From Escherichia coli (GTDB taxonomy: Bacteria > Pseudomonadota > Gammaproteobacteria > Enterobacterales > Enterobacteriaceae), in NCBI RefSeq assembly GCF_003018255.1, contig NZ_CP027440.1: 64,000 nt of DNA; one strand, 5' to 3'. Of the stretch, positions 1 through 8,853 are shown in pieces. Positions within the stretch are counted from its first letter, which is position 1. Each line of letters starts with the position of its first letter. The notes beneath the pieces were generated by a model, which was given only the letters and a program-made list of their open reading frames with translations, was not told the DNA's origin and ran no database searches. The translations under genes were made by a program, and so were the position numbers.

Positions 1-402
1 TGGCGACATCCATGCATGGGGGTTAGGTTTGCCCTCATAGGGGCCTTCGGTGATCCCTACTGGCGTCACACCCGAAGAGACAATTACTTCTGGAACCCCA
101 TTGAGATGCTGGTAAAAGCGTTGGAACCACAATTCCAGATTCATACCATTGGCGAGGATCAGTTGTGCCCCCTGCGCACGTTTAATATCGCCAGGGGTAG
201 GCTGATACTCATGAATTTCTGCACCGGGCTTGGTTATGGATGAGACTTCTGCAGCATCTCCAGCCACGTTTTTGGCCATATCCGCGATGATGGTAAATGT
301 TGTAATGACCTTGAATTTTTCAGTTGCACTTGCCTGAAATGCGATCGAGCAGGTGAGGGCGAGGCACCCCAAGAGCATGGTTACTTTTTTTATTGAGTGC
401 AT
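1..402 (-). CDS. sitA: Periplasmic metal-binding protein of a Mn/Fe ABC transporter, N-terminal 134 codons; the gene runs off the left edge of the window
   Basis: Hand translation of the minus strand from ATG at 400-402: MHSIKKVTMLLGCLALTCSIAFQASATEKFKVITTFTIIADMAKNVAGDAAEVSSITKPGAEIHEYQPTPGDIKRAQG..., a signal peptide followed by sequence resembling SitA/ZnuA-family binding proteins as I remember them. Open to position 1. Confidence 0.7.
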   Translation of the reverse strand, partial: MHSIKKVTMLLGCLALTCSIAFQASATEKFKVITTFTIIADMAKNVAGDAAEVSSITKPGAEIHEYQPTPGDIKRAQGAQLILANGMNLELWFQRFYQHLNGVPEVIVSSGVTPVGITEGPYEGKPNPHAWMSP

Positions 403-434
403 AATTTAGTACCTATAGTGAGCAAAATTAGAAC

Positions 435-456
435 AAACATAGCAACGGCTATGTTT
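435..456. promoter_or_regulatory. Candidate MntR box: perfect inverted repeat AAACATAGC-AACG-GCTATGTTT, 33-54 bp upstream of the sitA start
   Basis: Palindrome read directly; it matches the E. coli MntR operator consensus as I recall it (AAACATAGCnnnnGCTATGTTT). Confidence 0.6.
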
Positions 457-477
457 TATAGCACAACCTATACAAAA

Positions 478-497
478 TGAAAATGATTATCATTAAC
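478..497. promoter_or_regulatory. Candidate Fur box (TGAAAATGATTATCATTAAC)
   Basis: Core AATGATTATCATT is one mismatch from the Fur consensus core AATGATAATCATT; lies in the sitA upstream region. Confidence 0.5.
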
Positions 498-953
498 AAC
501 TTTGTGGCCCAAAACAGGGATTAGGTTGTTTCCTGCTGGCGACATGGTATTGAGGAAAAAAGCAGGGCAGCTATTAGGCTTTGAAATGACTTTATGAGGA
601 AAATTTTTGATGGCAAAAATGGGGCAAAACGCTGTAGAAGGGGCAAAAAAGGGGCAAAAAAAGAGTGGATTATCGTAGCTTATTGTTGTCGCTGATAATG
701 TTTAACATATTGAAAAATAAATAAAATACTTATGAGTCAGATAGTTGTGATTTTTGCCCTTACTTGTTCAGGTTGTATTGTTCTTTCTTACTAATTTCTT
801 GATTTTGCGACATTTAAAAGCGACTCAATTCGTTATATGGCATCAGAAGAGTATGCGTCATGCCGGAACGCCCAGCATAAGAAATCTGATATAAAAACTG
901 TGGCGTGTATGGTACGGATTAGAGGGGAAAATGTCAGCACATTTGCGAAATGA

Positions 954-981
954 ATCAAAAAGCCCGCAGCAATGTGCGGGC
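954..981 (-). terminator. Rho-independent terminator downstream of uspF
   Basis: Hairpin GCCCGCAGCAATGTGCGGGC (962-981) followed on the minus strand by a T-run. Confidence 0.5.
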
Positions 982-988
982 GTTAGTG

Positions 989-1504
<516 letters not shown>

Positions 1505-1529
1505 TTAGATCAAAGGAGGAAGAATAAGC

Positions 1530-1556
1530 AGAAAAAGCCCGCCATAACAGCGGGCA
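1530..1556 (-). terminator. Rho-independent terminator downstream of ompN
   Basis: Hairpin GCCCGCCATAACAGCGGGC with an A-run on the plus strand (T-run on the minus strand). Confidence 0.5.
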
Positions 1557-1563
1557 GGAGGAT

Positions 1564-2697
1564 TTAGAACTGATAAACCAGACCTAAAGCGACAATATCA
1601 TCGGTAGAGATGCCGTTGGCAGCGTAGAAGCTGTCATCTTCATCCAACAGGTTTATTTTATAGTCAACGTAGGTGGACATATTTTTGTTGAAATAGTAAG
1701 TCGCGCCAACATCGGCGTATTTAACCAGATCTTTATCATCAACACCTGCCGGGTTGTCTGCACCACCGGCAGCGTGCAGGTCACGGCCTTTAGACATCAG
1801 GAAAGAGACTGCCGGACGCAGACCAAAATCAAACTGGTACTGTGCAGTAACTTCAAAGTTCTGGGTTTTGTTCGCAACTGCATAATCGCTGTCGCCAAAC
1901 GGGGTCATGTTACGCGTTTCTGAATACATGGTTGCCAGGTAAATATTGTTAGCATCGTATTTTAGCCCAGCAGTCCACGCGTCTGCTTTATCACCACCCG
2001 CCGCAGTATGGTTAACCTGGTCATTGGTGCGGTCAGAAGAGGTGTATGCCGCACCAGCGCTAAAGCCCATGCCTAAATCATATGTTGTGGAAAGACCCCA
2101 GCCGTCACCGTTTTCATGGCGAACATCACGTCCGTTGTTGGTGCCTTCCTGACCATTACTGGCTCCTTCGTTGTTACCTTGATACTGCACCGCGAAGTTC
2201 AGACCATTTACCAGACCGAAGAAATCAGTATTACGATAAGTCGCGACGCCGTTGGCACGACCAGTCATAAAGTTGTCTGCATTGGTATAAGAGTCACCGC
2301 CAAATTCAGGCAGCATATCGGTCCAGCCTTCGATGTCGTACATTACGCCATAATTACGTCCGTAATCGAAAGAACCGTAATCTGCAAATTTCAGTCCGGC
2401 AAATGCCAGACGGGTCCATGACTGGTTTGTTGAAGATTCAGTGTTGTTTGCCTGAATATTGTATTCCCATTGACCGTAGCCAGTGAGTTGATCGTTAATT
2501 TGGGTTTCGCCTTTAAAACCCAGACGCGCATAGCTCTGGTCGCCATCTTTCGCTGAATTATCAGAAAAATAATGCAGGCCATCAACTTTGCCATACAGAT
2601 CTAATTTGTTGCCGTCTTTATTATAAACTTCGGCTGCATGTGCAGCACCTGCGGCGAGCAGGGCAGGAATTAAAAGTGCCAGTACTTTGCTTTTCAT
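1564..2697 (-). CDS. ompN: Outer membrane porin N (377 aa)
   Basis: Signal peptide [21 protein letters not shown], ends in aromatic QF typical of OmpC/F-family porins; divergent micC lies just upstream. Confidence 0.9.
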   Translation of the reverse strand: MKSKVLALLIPALLAAGAAHAAEVYNKDGNKLDLYGKVDGLHYFSDNSAKDGDQSYARLGFKGETQINDQLTGYGQWEYNIQANNTESSTNQSWTRLAFAGLKFADYGSFDYGRNYGVMYDIEGWTDMLPEFGGDSYTNADNFMTGRANGVATYRNTDFFGLVNGLNFAVQYQGNNEGASNGQEGTNNGRDVRHENGDGWGLSTTYDLGMGFSAGAAYTSSDRTNDQVNHTAAGGDKADAWTAGLKYDANNIYLATMYSETRNMTPFGDSDYAVANKTQNFEVTAQYQFDFGLRPAVSFLMSKGRDLHAAGGADNPAGVDDKDLVKYADVGATYYFNKNMSTYVDYKINLLDEDDSFYAANGISTDDIVALGLVYQF

Positions 2698-2924
2698 TGA
2701 ATAAATCCTTTAGTTATTTTATTTGCCTTTTATCCCCATTTCGGGGAGTGAAAACATCCTAAAGGAGAAGTTCAGTTAGCCGATAAATATCATTTGTTAC
2801 GCCTTAAGTAAAACCTTAATCAAATAATTCTACGGAAATGATAATAAGTCTGGTGAATGTATTGAAGATAATACATACAAAATAAAAATTATACTTTTAA
2901 TTTGCTATACGTTATTCTGCGCGG

Positions 2925-3033
2925 GTTATATGCCTTTATTGTCACAGATTTTATTTTCTGTTGGGCCATTGCATTGCTACTGATTTTCCAACATATAAAA
3001 AGACAAGCCCGAACAGTCGTCCGGGCTTTTTTT
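2925..3033 (+). ncRNA. micC: MicC small regulatory RNA, including its intrinsic terminator
   Basis: Sequence GTTATATGCCTTTATTGTCACAGATTTTATTTTCTGTTGGGCCATTGCATTGC...AAGCCCGAACAGTCGTCCGGGCTTTTTTTT matches remembered MicC; located between ompN and ydbK as in K-12. Confidence 0.85.
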
Positions 3034-3062
3034 TAGAATTGGATAATCCTTATCCAGTGCAT

Positions 3063-6000
3063 TTAATCGGTGTTGCTTTTTTCCGCTTTTCCGGCCATTT
3101 GTGCCAGGAAGTCATAGCGTTTTTGCAAATCAGCTGCAGCATCTTTCCATAACTGTTCTGCCACTTCTGGCTGCTGCGAATTCAGACGACGGAAACGCTG
3201 CTCGTGAAGTAACGTTTCTTCCAGTGCTTCTGACGGCGGGCGTGAATCCAGTGCCAGCGGCAGGTTGCCTTCATCGGCTCGACGTGGATCGAAGCGATAT
3301 AGCGGCCAGAAGCCGGTGGCAGTGAGTTGGCGCATCTGGTCGTGACTGAGTGCCAGATCGTAACCATGCTCTTCACAGGGGCTATAAGCGATGATCAGCG
3401 ATGGCCCCGGATACGCTTCCGCTTCCTGAATCGCTTTCACCGTCTGGTTGAGCTGCGCGCCGAGAGAAATCTGCGCCACATAAACATGACCGTACATCAT
3501 CATGCTGACGCCAAGATCTTTACGCGCTTTACGTTTGCCGTGCTCGCCGAACTTAGTTACTGCACCCAGCGGTGTCGCTTTCGACGCCTGACCACCGGTG
3601 TTGGAATAGCATTGCGTATCCAGCACCAGAATGTTGACGTTTTCCGTCAAACTCAATACATGATCCAGACCGCCAAAGCCGATATCGTAAGCCCAGCCAT
3701 CACCACCAATCAGCCAGATTGATTTTTCTACCAGTGCATCTGCGTCACGTAGCAGTTCATGTGCTTCGGCAACATCTTTGAGTTGCTGGCGTAAAGCTGC
3801 AACCTGTTCACGACGAACCTCTGGCTTGGCGTCTGATTTCAACGCAGTTAGTAATTCCGCCGGGATTTTATCGGCAAATTGATCCAGCAGACGCAGCACG
3901 CGGACACGGTGTTGATCGACCGTCAGGCGGAAACCAAGGCCAAATTCGGCGTTATCTTCAAATAGCGAGTTCGCCCATGCCGGTCCACGACCGTTGGCAT
4001 CGGTGGTATACGGTGTAGAGGGCAGGTTACCGCCATAAATTGAAGAACAGCCGGTGGCGTTAGCGATCAACATCCGGTCACCATAGAGCTGAGTCAGCAA
4101 TTTAATATACGGCGTCTCGCCACAACCGGAGCAAGCACCTGAATATTCAAACAGCGGTGTAATCAGCTGCGATGTACGAATATCAATACGTTCCAGTTTG
4201 CTACGGTCGATTTCTGGGAGGTTGAGGAAGAAATCGTAATTGATTTTCTCTTCTTCGACATGTTCCAGGCGAGACATCATATTGATGGCTTTAATCTCTG
4301 GATTCTGACGGTCTTTCGCCGGGCAAACTTCGACGCACAGGTTACAACCGGTGCAATCTTCCGGAGCCACCTGCAAGACATATTTCTGCCCGCGCATATC
4401 ACGCGATTTCACATCCAGCGAATGCAGGCTGGCAGGGGCGTTTTCCATCGCTTCAGGCGGTACCACTTTTGCGCGAATAGCTGAGTGTGGGCAAGCAGCG
4501 ACGCAGTGGTTACATTGGGTACAGAGTTCCTCTTTCCAGATGGGGATCTCTTCGGCGATATTGCGTTTTTCCCAGCGCGTGGTGCCCATCGGCCAGGTGC
4601 CGTCTGGCGGCAGCGCCGAAACGGGGAGGGCATCACCAAGCCCGGCGAGCATCGCCGCGGTAACGGTTTTCACGAAATCAGGAGCGGCATCGGAAACCAC
4701 AGGCGGTCGATTGGCGCTGTGCGGATTAACCGGCTGCAACGGAACTTCTTCTACGGATTCACGCGCCAGCGCCAGAGCCTGCCAGTTGCGCTCCACCAGA
4801 TCCTGACCTTTGCTACTGTAACTTTTGGCAATCGCACCCTGCAATTCTGCGAGGGCGCTATCGCCAGGCAGAATTTGCGTCAGATGGAAAAAAGCCATCT
4901 GCATGACGGTATTAATACGGGCCGCCAGACCACATTCGCGGGCGATTTTCGCCGCGTTAATCACATAGAAGCGCGCTTTTTTCTGGTTTAACACGGCCTG
5001 AACTTCCTGCGGCAAGCGCGACCATACTTCATCTACGCTGTACGGCGTGTTGAGCAGGAAAATGCCGCCAGGTTTTAAACGTTCAGCCATCTGATATTTA
5101 TCGATAAACTGCAACTGGTGGCAGCCAACAAAATCAGCCTGGGAAATCAGATAAGCGGAACGAATCGGCTGTTCGCTCACGCGAAGGTGAGAAACCGTCA
5201 GGCCGCCCGCCTTTTTGGAGTCGTAAACAAAATAGCCCTGTGCGTACCACGGCGTGGAATTACCGATTATCTTGATATTGTTTTTGGTCGCGGAAACGCT
5301 GCCATCACTACCAAGGCCATAAAACAAGGCTTCAAGTTTCGCCGAGTTTGGCAGGGTGTTTTCCGGCAACGGCAGTGACAGATTGGTCACATCATCGTAA
5401 ATACCAACCGTAAAGCGCGCTTTCGGTTTAGCCGCGTTGAGCTCGGCAAATACCGCCAGTACACAGTCCGGGCCAAATTCTTTGGATGAAAGACCATAGC
5501 GCCCACCAATGACACGGGGCAGGGTTTCGCGCTCGCCATTATTAAAGGCTTCTGCCAGTGCGGTCATTACATCCAGATAGAGCGGTTCTGCCTGGGCACC
5601 GGGTTCTTTGTTTCTGTCCAGTACCGCCACGCTGCGTACGGATCCCGGCAGAGCTTGTAGCAAGTGTTTGGCGGAGAAGGGACGGTACAGGCGAACTTTC
5701 AGCACGCCGACTTTTTCGCCACGGGTTAGCAATTCATCAACCACTTCTTCACAGGTGCCAATGGCAGAGCCCATCAGGATAATCACCCGTTCCGCTTGCG
5801 GATGCCCGTAATACTCAAACGGCTGATACTGACGACCTGTCGCGGCAGCGAAATCATTCATCGCCTGTTCAACATGGTCATAGACCGCGTTGTACCAGGG
5901 GTTGGTGGCTTCGCGAGACTGGAAATAAGTGTCAGGATTGGCGGACGTACCGCGGATCACCGGATGTTCCGGGTTGAGCGCCCGGGCGCGATGAGCATCA

Positions 6001-6587
6001 ATTTCGGCCTGCGGCATGAGATCAAGAATAGTGTCATCGGCCAGCGGGACAATTTTATTGATTTCGTGGGACGTGCGGAAACCATCAAAGAAATGAATAA
6101 ATGGCACGCGGCTCTTCAGCGTTGCGATGTGCGAAATGAGAGCAAAGTCTTGCGCTTCCTGGACGTTAGCCGCACACAACATCGCGCAACCCGTCTGGCG
6201 CACCGCCATAACGTCGGAATGATCGCCAAAAATAGAGAGTGCATGTGTGGCAACGGTACGTGCCGCTACATGCAGGACAAATGGCGTCAGTTCGCCTGCC
6301 AGTTTGTACAGCGTCGGGATCATCAGCAGCAAACCCTGCGATGACGTAAACGATGTTGAGAGGGCACCCGTCTGCAAAGCGCCATGCACGGTAGCGATAG
6401 CACCCGCTTCCGACTGCATTTCAACCACGCGTGGTGTGTCTCCCCAAACGTTCTTCAAGCCGTTTCCGGCCCAGGCATCAGCCTGTTCTGCCATCGTGGA
6501 ACTGGGGGTAATAGGGTAGATGGCGATAACTTCACTGGTGCGAAACGCCACCGAAGCAACCGCGCCATTACCGTCAATAGTAATCAT
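3063..6587 (-). CDS. ydbK: Pyruvate:flavodoxin/ferredoxin oxidoreductase (1174 aa)
   Basis: 1174-aa ORF with 4Fe-4S ferredoxin Cys motifs (CTQCNHCVAACP, CTGCNLCVEVCP) and a TPP-binding GGDGW motif; K-12 position between ompN and ydbJ. Confidence 0.9.
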   Translation of the reverse strand: MITIDGNGAVASVAFRTSEVIAIYPITPSSTMAEQADAWAGNGLKNVWGDTPRVVEMQSEAGAIATVHGALQTGALSTSFTSSQGLLLMIPTLYKLAGELTPFVLHVAARTVATHALSIFGDHSDVMAVRQTGCAMLCAANVQEAQDFALISHIATLKSRVPFIHFFDGFRTSHEINKIVPLADDTILDLMPQAEIDAHRARALNPEHPVIRGTSANPDTYFQSREATNPWYNAVYDHVEQAMNDFAAATGRQYQPFEYYGHPQAERVIILMGSAIGTCEEVVDELLTRGEKVGVLKVRLYRPFSAKHLLQALPGSVRSVAVLDRNKEPGAQAEPLYLDVMTALAEAFNNGERETLPRVIGGRYGLSSKEFGPDCVLAVFAELNAAKPKARFTVGIYDDVTNLSLPLPENTLPNSAKLEALFYGLGSDGSVSATKNNIKIIGNSTPWYAQGYFVYDSKKAGGLTVSHLRVSEQPIRSAYLISQADFVGCHQLQFIDKYQMAERLKPGGIFLLNTPYSVDEVWSRLPQEVQAVLNQKKARFYVINAAKIARECGLAARINTVMQMAFFHLTQILPGDSALAELQGAIAKSYSSKGQDLVERNWQALALARESVEEVPLQPVNPHSANRPPVVSDAAPDFVKTVTAAMLAGLGDALPVSALPPDGTWPMGTTRWEKRNIAEEIPIWKEELCTQCNHCVAACPHSAIRAKVVPPEAMENAPASLHSLDVKSRDMRGQKYVLQVAPEDCTGCNLCVEVCPAKDRQNPEIKAINMMSRLEHVEEEKINYDFFLNLPEIDRSKLERIDIRTSQLITPLFEYSGACSGCGETPYIKLLTQLYGDRMLIANATGCSSIYGGNLPSTPYTTDANGRGPAWANSLFEDNAEFGLGFRLTVDQHRVRVLRLLDQFADKIPAELLTALKSDAKPEVRREQVAALRQQLKDVAEAHELLRDADALVEKSIWLIGGDGWAYDIGFGGLDHVLSLTENVNILVLDTQCYSNTGGQASKATPLGAVTKFGEHGKRKARKDLGVSMMMYGHVYVAQISLGAQLNQTVKAIQEAEAYPGPSLIIAYSPCEEHGYDLALSHDQMRQLTATGFWPLYRFDPRRADEGNLPLALDSRPPSEALEETLLHEQRFRRLNSQQPEVAEQLWKDAAADLQKRYDFLAQMAGKAEKSNTD

Positions 6588-6860
6588 ATGACACCCTTAC
6601 ATTGCGCAAATGAGGGGCGCACGAAATTGCTGCGCGCCCAGTAGTAATCCTTCAATTTTAGCAAATGGCTTTCTTCTGCATTTTCGCTTTTGTGTCCCCC
6701 ACATCAGCGTAATGAATGTTTTGATCAAACAGAGGGCAAAAAAATAGCCATAAAAAAGTAAAAATGCGGGGCAACGCTCAGGACAGCTCTCGACGCCGCC
6801 CTCTGTGCTGCCTATTATTTATGGCGGTGTCGTTTGGCTTGAAGATCAGAGGAAGAAAAG

Positions 6861-7127
6861 ATGCGAGCAGCGTTTTGGGTAGGGTGTGCCGCTTTATTGT
6901 TGTCGGCGTGTAGTAGTGAACCTGTTCAGCAGGCGACTGCGGCGCACGTAGCGCCAGGTTTAAAAGCGTCGATGTCCAGTAGTGGAGAAGCAAATTGTGC
7001 AATGATCGGCGGTTCGCTTTCTGTTGCCCGTCAACTGGATGGTACGGCGATTGGGATGTGTGCATTACCCAACGGCAAACGCTGTAGCGAACAGTCACTT
7101 GCCGCCGGGAGCTGTGGCAGCTATTAA
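6861..7127 (+). CDS. ydbJ: Small lipoprotein YdbJ (88 aa)
   Basis: Lipobox LLLSAC near the N-terminus; size and position as in K-12. Confidence 0.8.
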   Translation: MRAAFWVGCAALLLSACSSEPVQQATAAHVAPGLKASMSSSGEANCAMIGGSLSVARQLDGTAIGMCALPNGKRCSEQSLAAGSCGSY

Positions 7128-7546
7128 TTCATTAAATCCGCCAGCTTATAAGTTAATGTCTGTTTCGCGGTCGCCAGCGTTAACTGGTTCGCGGTCAGAT
7201 CCACTTGTGCACCTTCTTTCAGCATTTCGCTAATGGTGTTATCGAGTTCATTAAGCTGCGGGTTAGCGCACATCATACGGGTCATTGCCAGCCCTTTGGC
7301 GGTCAGTTCACCATTAGACAGTTTGCCTTCACCGCTAAAGCGGTTACACATGCTGCCGGAAATCATCATCTTTTCACCAAAGCTGATTTCTGGCGGATTT
7401 TTATCGCTGGTCACGGGCTTACCGTTTACGCTTTCCAGCACAAAGCGATGATGCTGTAGCTGTTCTGGGGTTACAGCAATTTTGTCATTACTTACACATC
7501 CCGCCATCAGCAGGCTTAGCGCAACGAGCGCGGCTACTTTCTTCAT
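7124..7546 (-). CDS. hslJ: Heat-shock lipoprotein HslJ (140 aa)
   Basis: MKKVAALVALSLLMAGC lipobox; Met 5 of the ORF taken as start to match the remembered 140-aa length. Confidence 0.85.
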   Translation of the reverse strand: MKKVAALVALSLLMAGCVSNDKIAVTPEQLQHHRFVLESVNGKPVTSDKNPPEISFGEKMMISGSMCNRFSGEGKLSNGELTAKGLAMTRMMCANPQLNELDNTISEMLKEGAQVDLTANQLTLATAKQTLTYKLADLMN

Positions 7547-7656
7547 TGTGGTTCTCAATTACAGTTTCTGACTCAGGACTATTTTAAGAATAGAGGATGA
7601 AAGGTCATTGGGGATTATCTGAATCAGCTCCCCTGGAATGCAGGGGAGCGGCAAGA

Positions 7657-8646
7657 TTAAACCAGTTCGTTCGGGCAGGTTTCGCCTTTTTCCAGATTGC
7701 TTAAGTTTTGCAGCGTAGTCTGAGAAATACTGGTCAGCGCTTCTGCTGTCAGGAATGCCTGATGCCCGGTAAACAGCACGTTGTGGCAGGCAGACAGGCG
7801 ACGGAATACGTCATCCTGAATTACGTCGTTGGATTTATCTTCAAAGAACAGATCGCGTTCGTTCTCATACACGTCCATACCCAACGAACCAATTTTCTGA
7901 TTTTTCAGCGCTTCAATTGCTGCCTGAGAATCAATCAATGCACCGCGACTGGTATTGACGATCATCACGCCATTTTTCATCTGTTCGAAGGCAGCTTCGT
8001 TCAACAGATGATAGTTTTCCGGTGTCAGCGGGCAGTGCAGAGAGATAACGTCTGATTCAGAGAACAGGGTTGGCAGATCGACATACTCCACACCGAGTTC
8101 CAGCGCCGCCGCACTTGGATACGGATCGAACGCCAGCAGACGCATACCAAAACCTTTCAGAATGCGCAGCATCGCCACACCGATTTTGCCGGTACCGATA
8201 ACGCCTGCCGTTTTGCCATACATAGTAAAGCCGGTCAGACCTTCCAGAGAGAAGTTGGCGTCACGGGTACGCTGATACGCGCGGTGAATACGGCGGTTCA
8301 GCGTCATCATCATACCGATGGCGTGTTCAGCAACGGCTTCTGGATCATAGGCTGGAACACGGACTACTTTCAGCCCCAGTTCTTTTGCCGCGTCAAGGTC
8401 GACGTTATTGAAACCGGCACAGCGCAGGGCGATATATTTAACGCCGTGCTTTTTCAGCTCTTCCAGCACCGGGCGGCTGCCGTCATCGTTTACGAAAATA
8501 CATACCGCTTCGCAGCCATTGGCGGTTTTAGCGGTTTTTTCCGTCAGCAGAAAGTCAAAAAATTCCAGCTCAAAGCCAAAGGACTCGTTCACCTGTTGCA
8601 GGTACTTCTTGTCGTACTGTTTTGTGCTATAAACGGCGAGTTTCAT
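7657..8646 (-). CDS. ldhA: Fermentative D-lactate dehydrogenase, NAD-dependent (329 aa)
   Basis: MKLAVYSTKQYDKKYLQQVNE... with the GxGxxG NAD-binding motif (GVIGTGKIG). Confidence 0.92.
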   Translation of the reverse strand: MKLAVYSTKQYDKKYLQQVNESFGFELEFFDFLLTEKTAKTANGCEAVCIFVNDDGSRPVLEELKKHGVKYIALRCAGFNNVDLDAAKELGLKVVRVPAYDPEAVAEHAIGMMMTLNRRIHRAYQRTRDANFSLEGLTGFTMYGKTAGVIGTGKIGVAMLRILKGFGMRLLAFDPYPSAAALELGVEYVDLPTLFSESDVISLHCPLTPENYHLLNEAAFEQMKNGVMIVNTSRGALIDSQAAIEALKNQKIGSLGMDVYENERDLFFEDKSNDVIQDDVFRRLSACHNVLFTGHQAFLTAEALTSISQTTLQNLSNLEKGETCPNELV

Positions 8647-8853
8647 AAGACTTTCTCCAGTGATGTTGAATCACATTTAAGCTACTAAAAATATTTTACA
8701 AAATTTCAAATATAATTGAAAGCTATGGCGATATTGAAAAATTCATCAACAACTATGCTTAGTGTAGGCGCAACCTTCAACTGAACGGTTAAACATGCCA
8801 CAATACCCGTATTGAATGCTTAATTTTTCGCTAAATCAGGATATTAACTACCC

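Noticed and set aside
16-243. 75-aa plus-strand ORF at the left edge
   Set aside because: It lies entirely antisense to the well-supported sitA-like coding sequence and has no recognisable motif or RBS.
3327-6519. Multiple plus-strand ORFs of 60-180 aa
   Set aside because: All nested antisense inside the 1174-aa ydbK gene; typical shadow ORFs of a long coding region.
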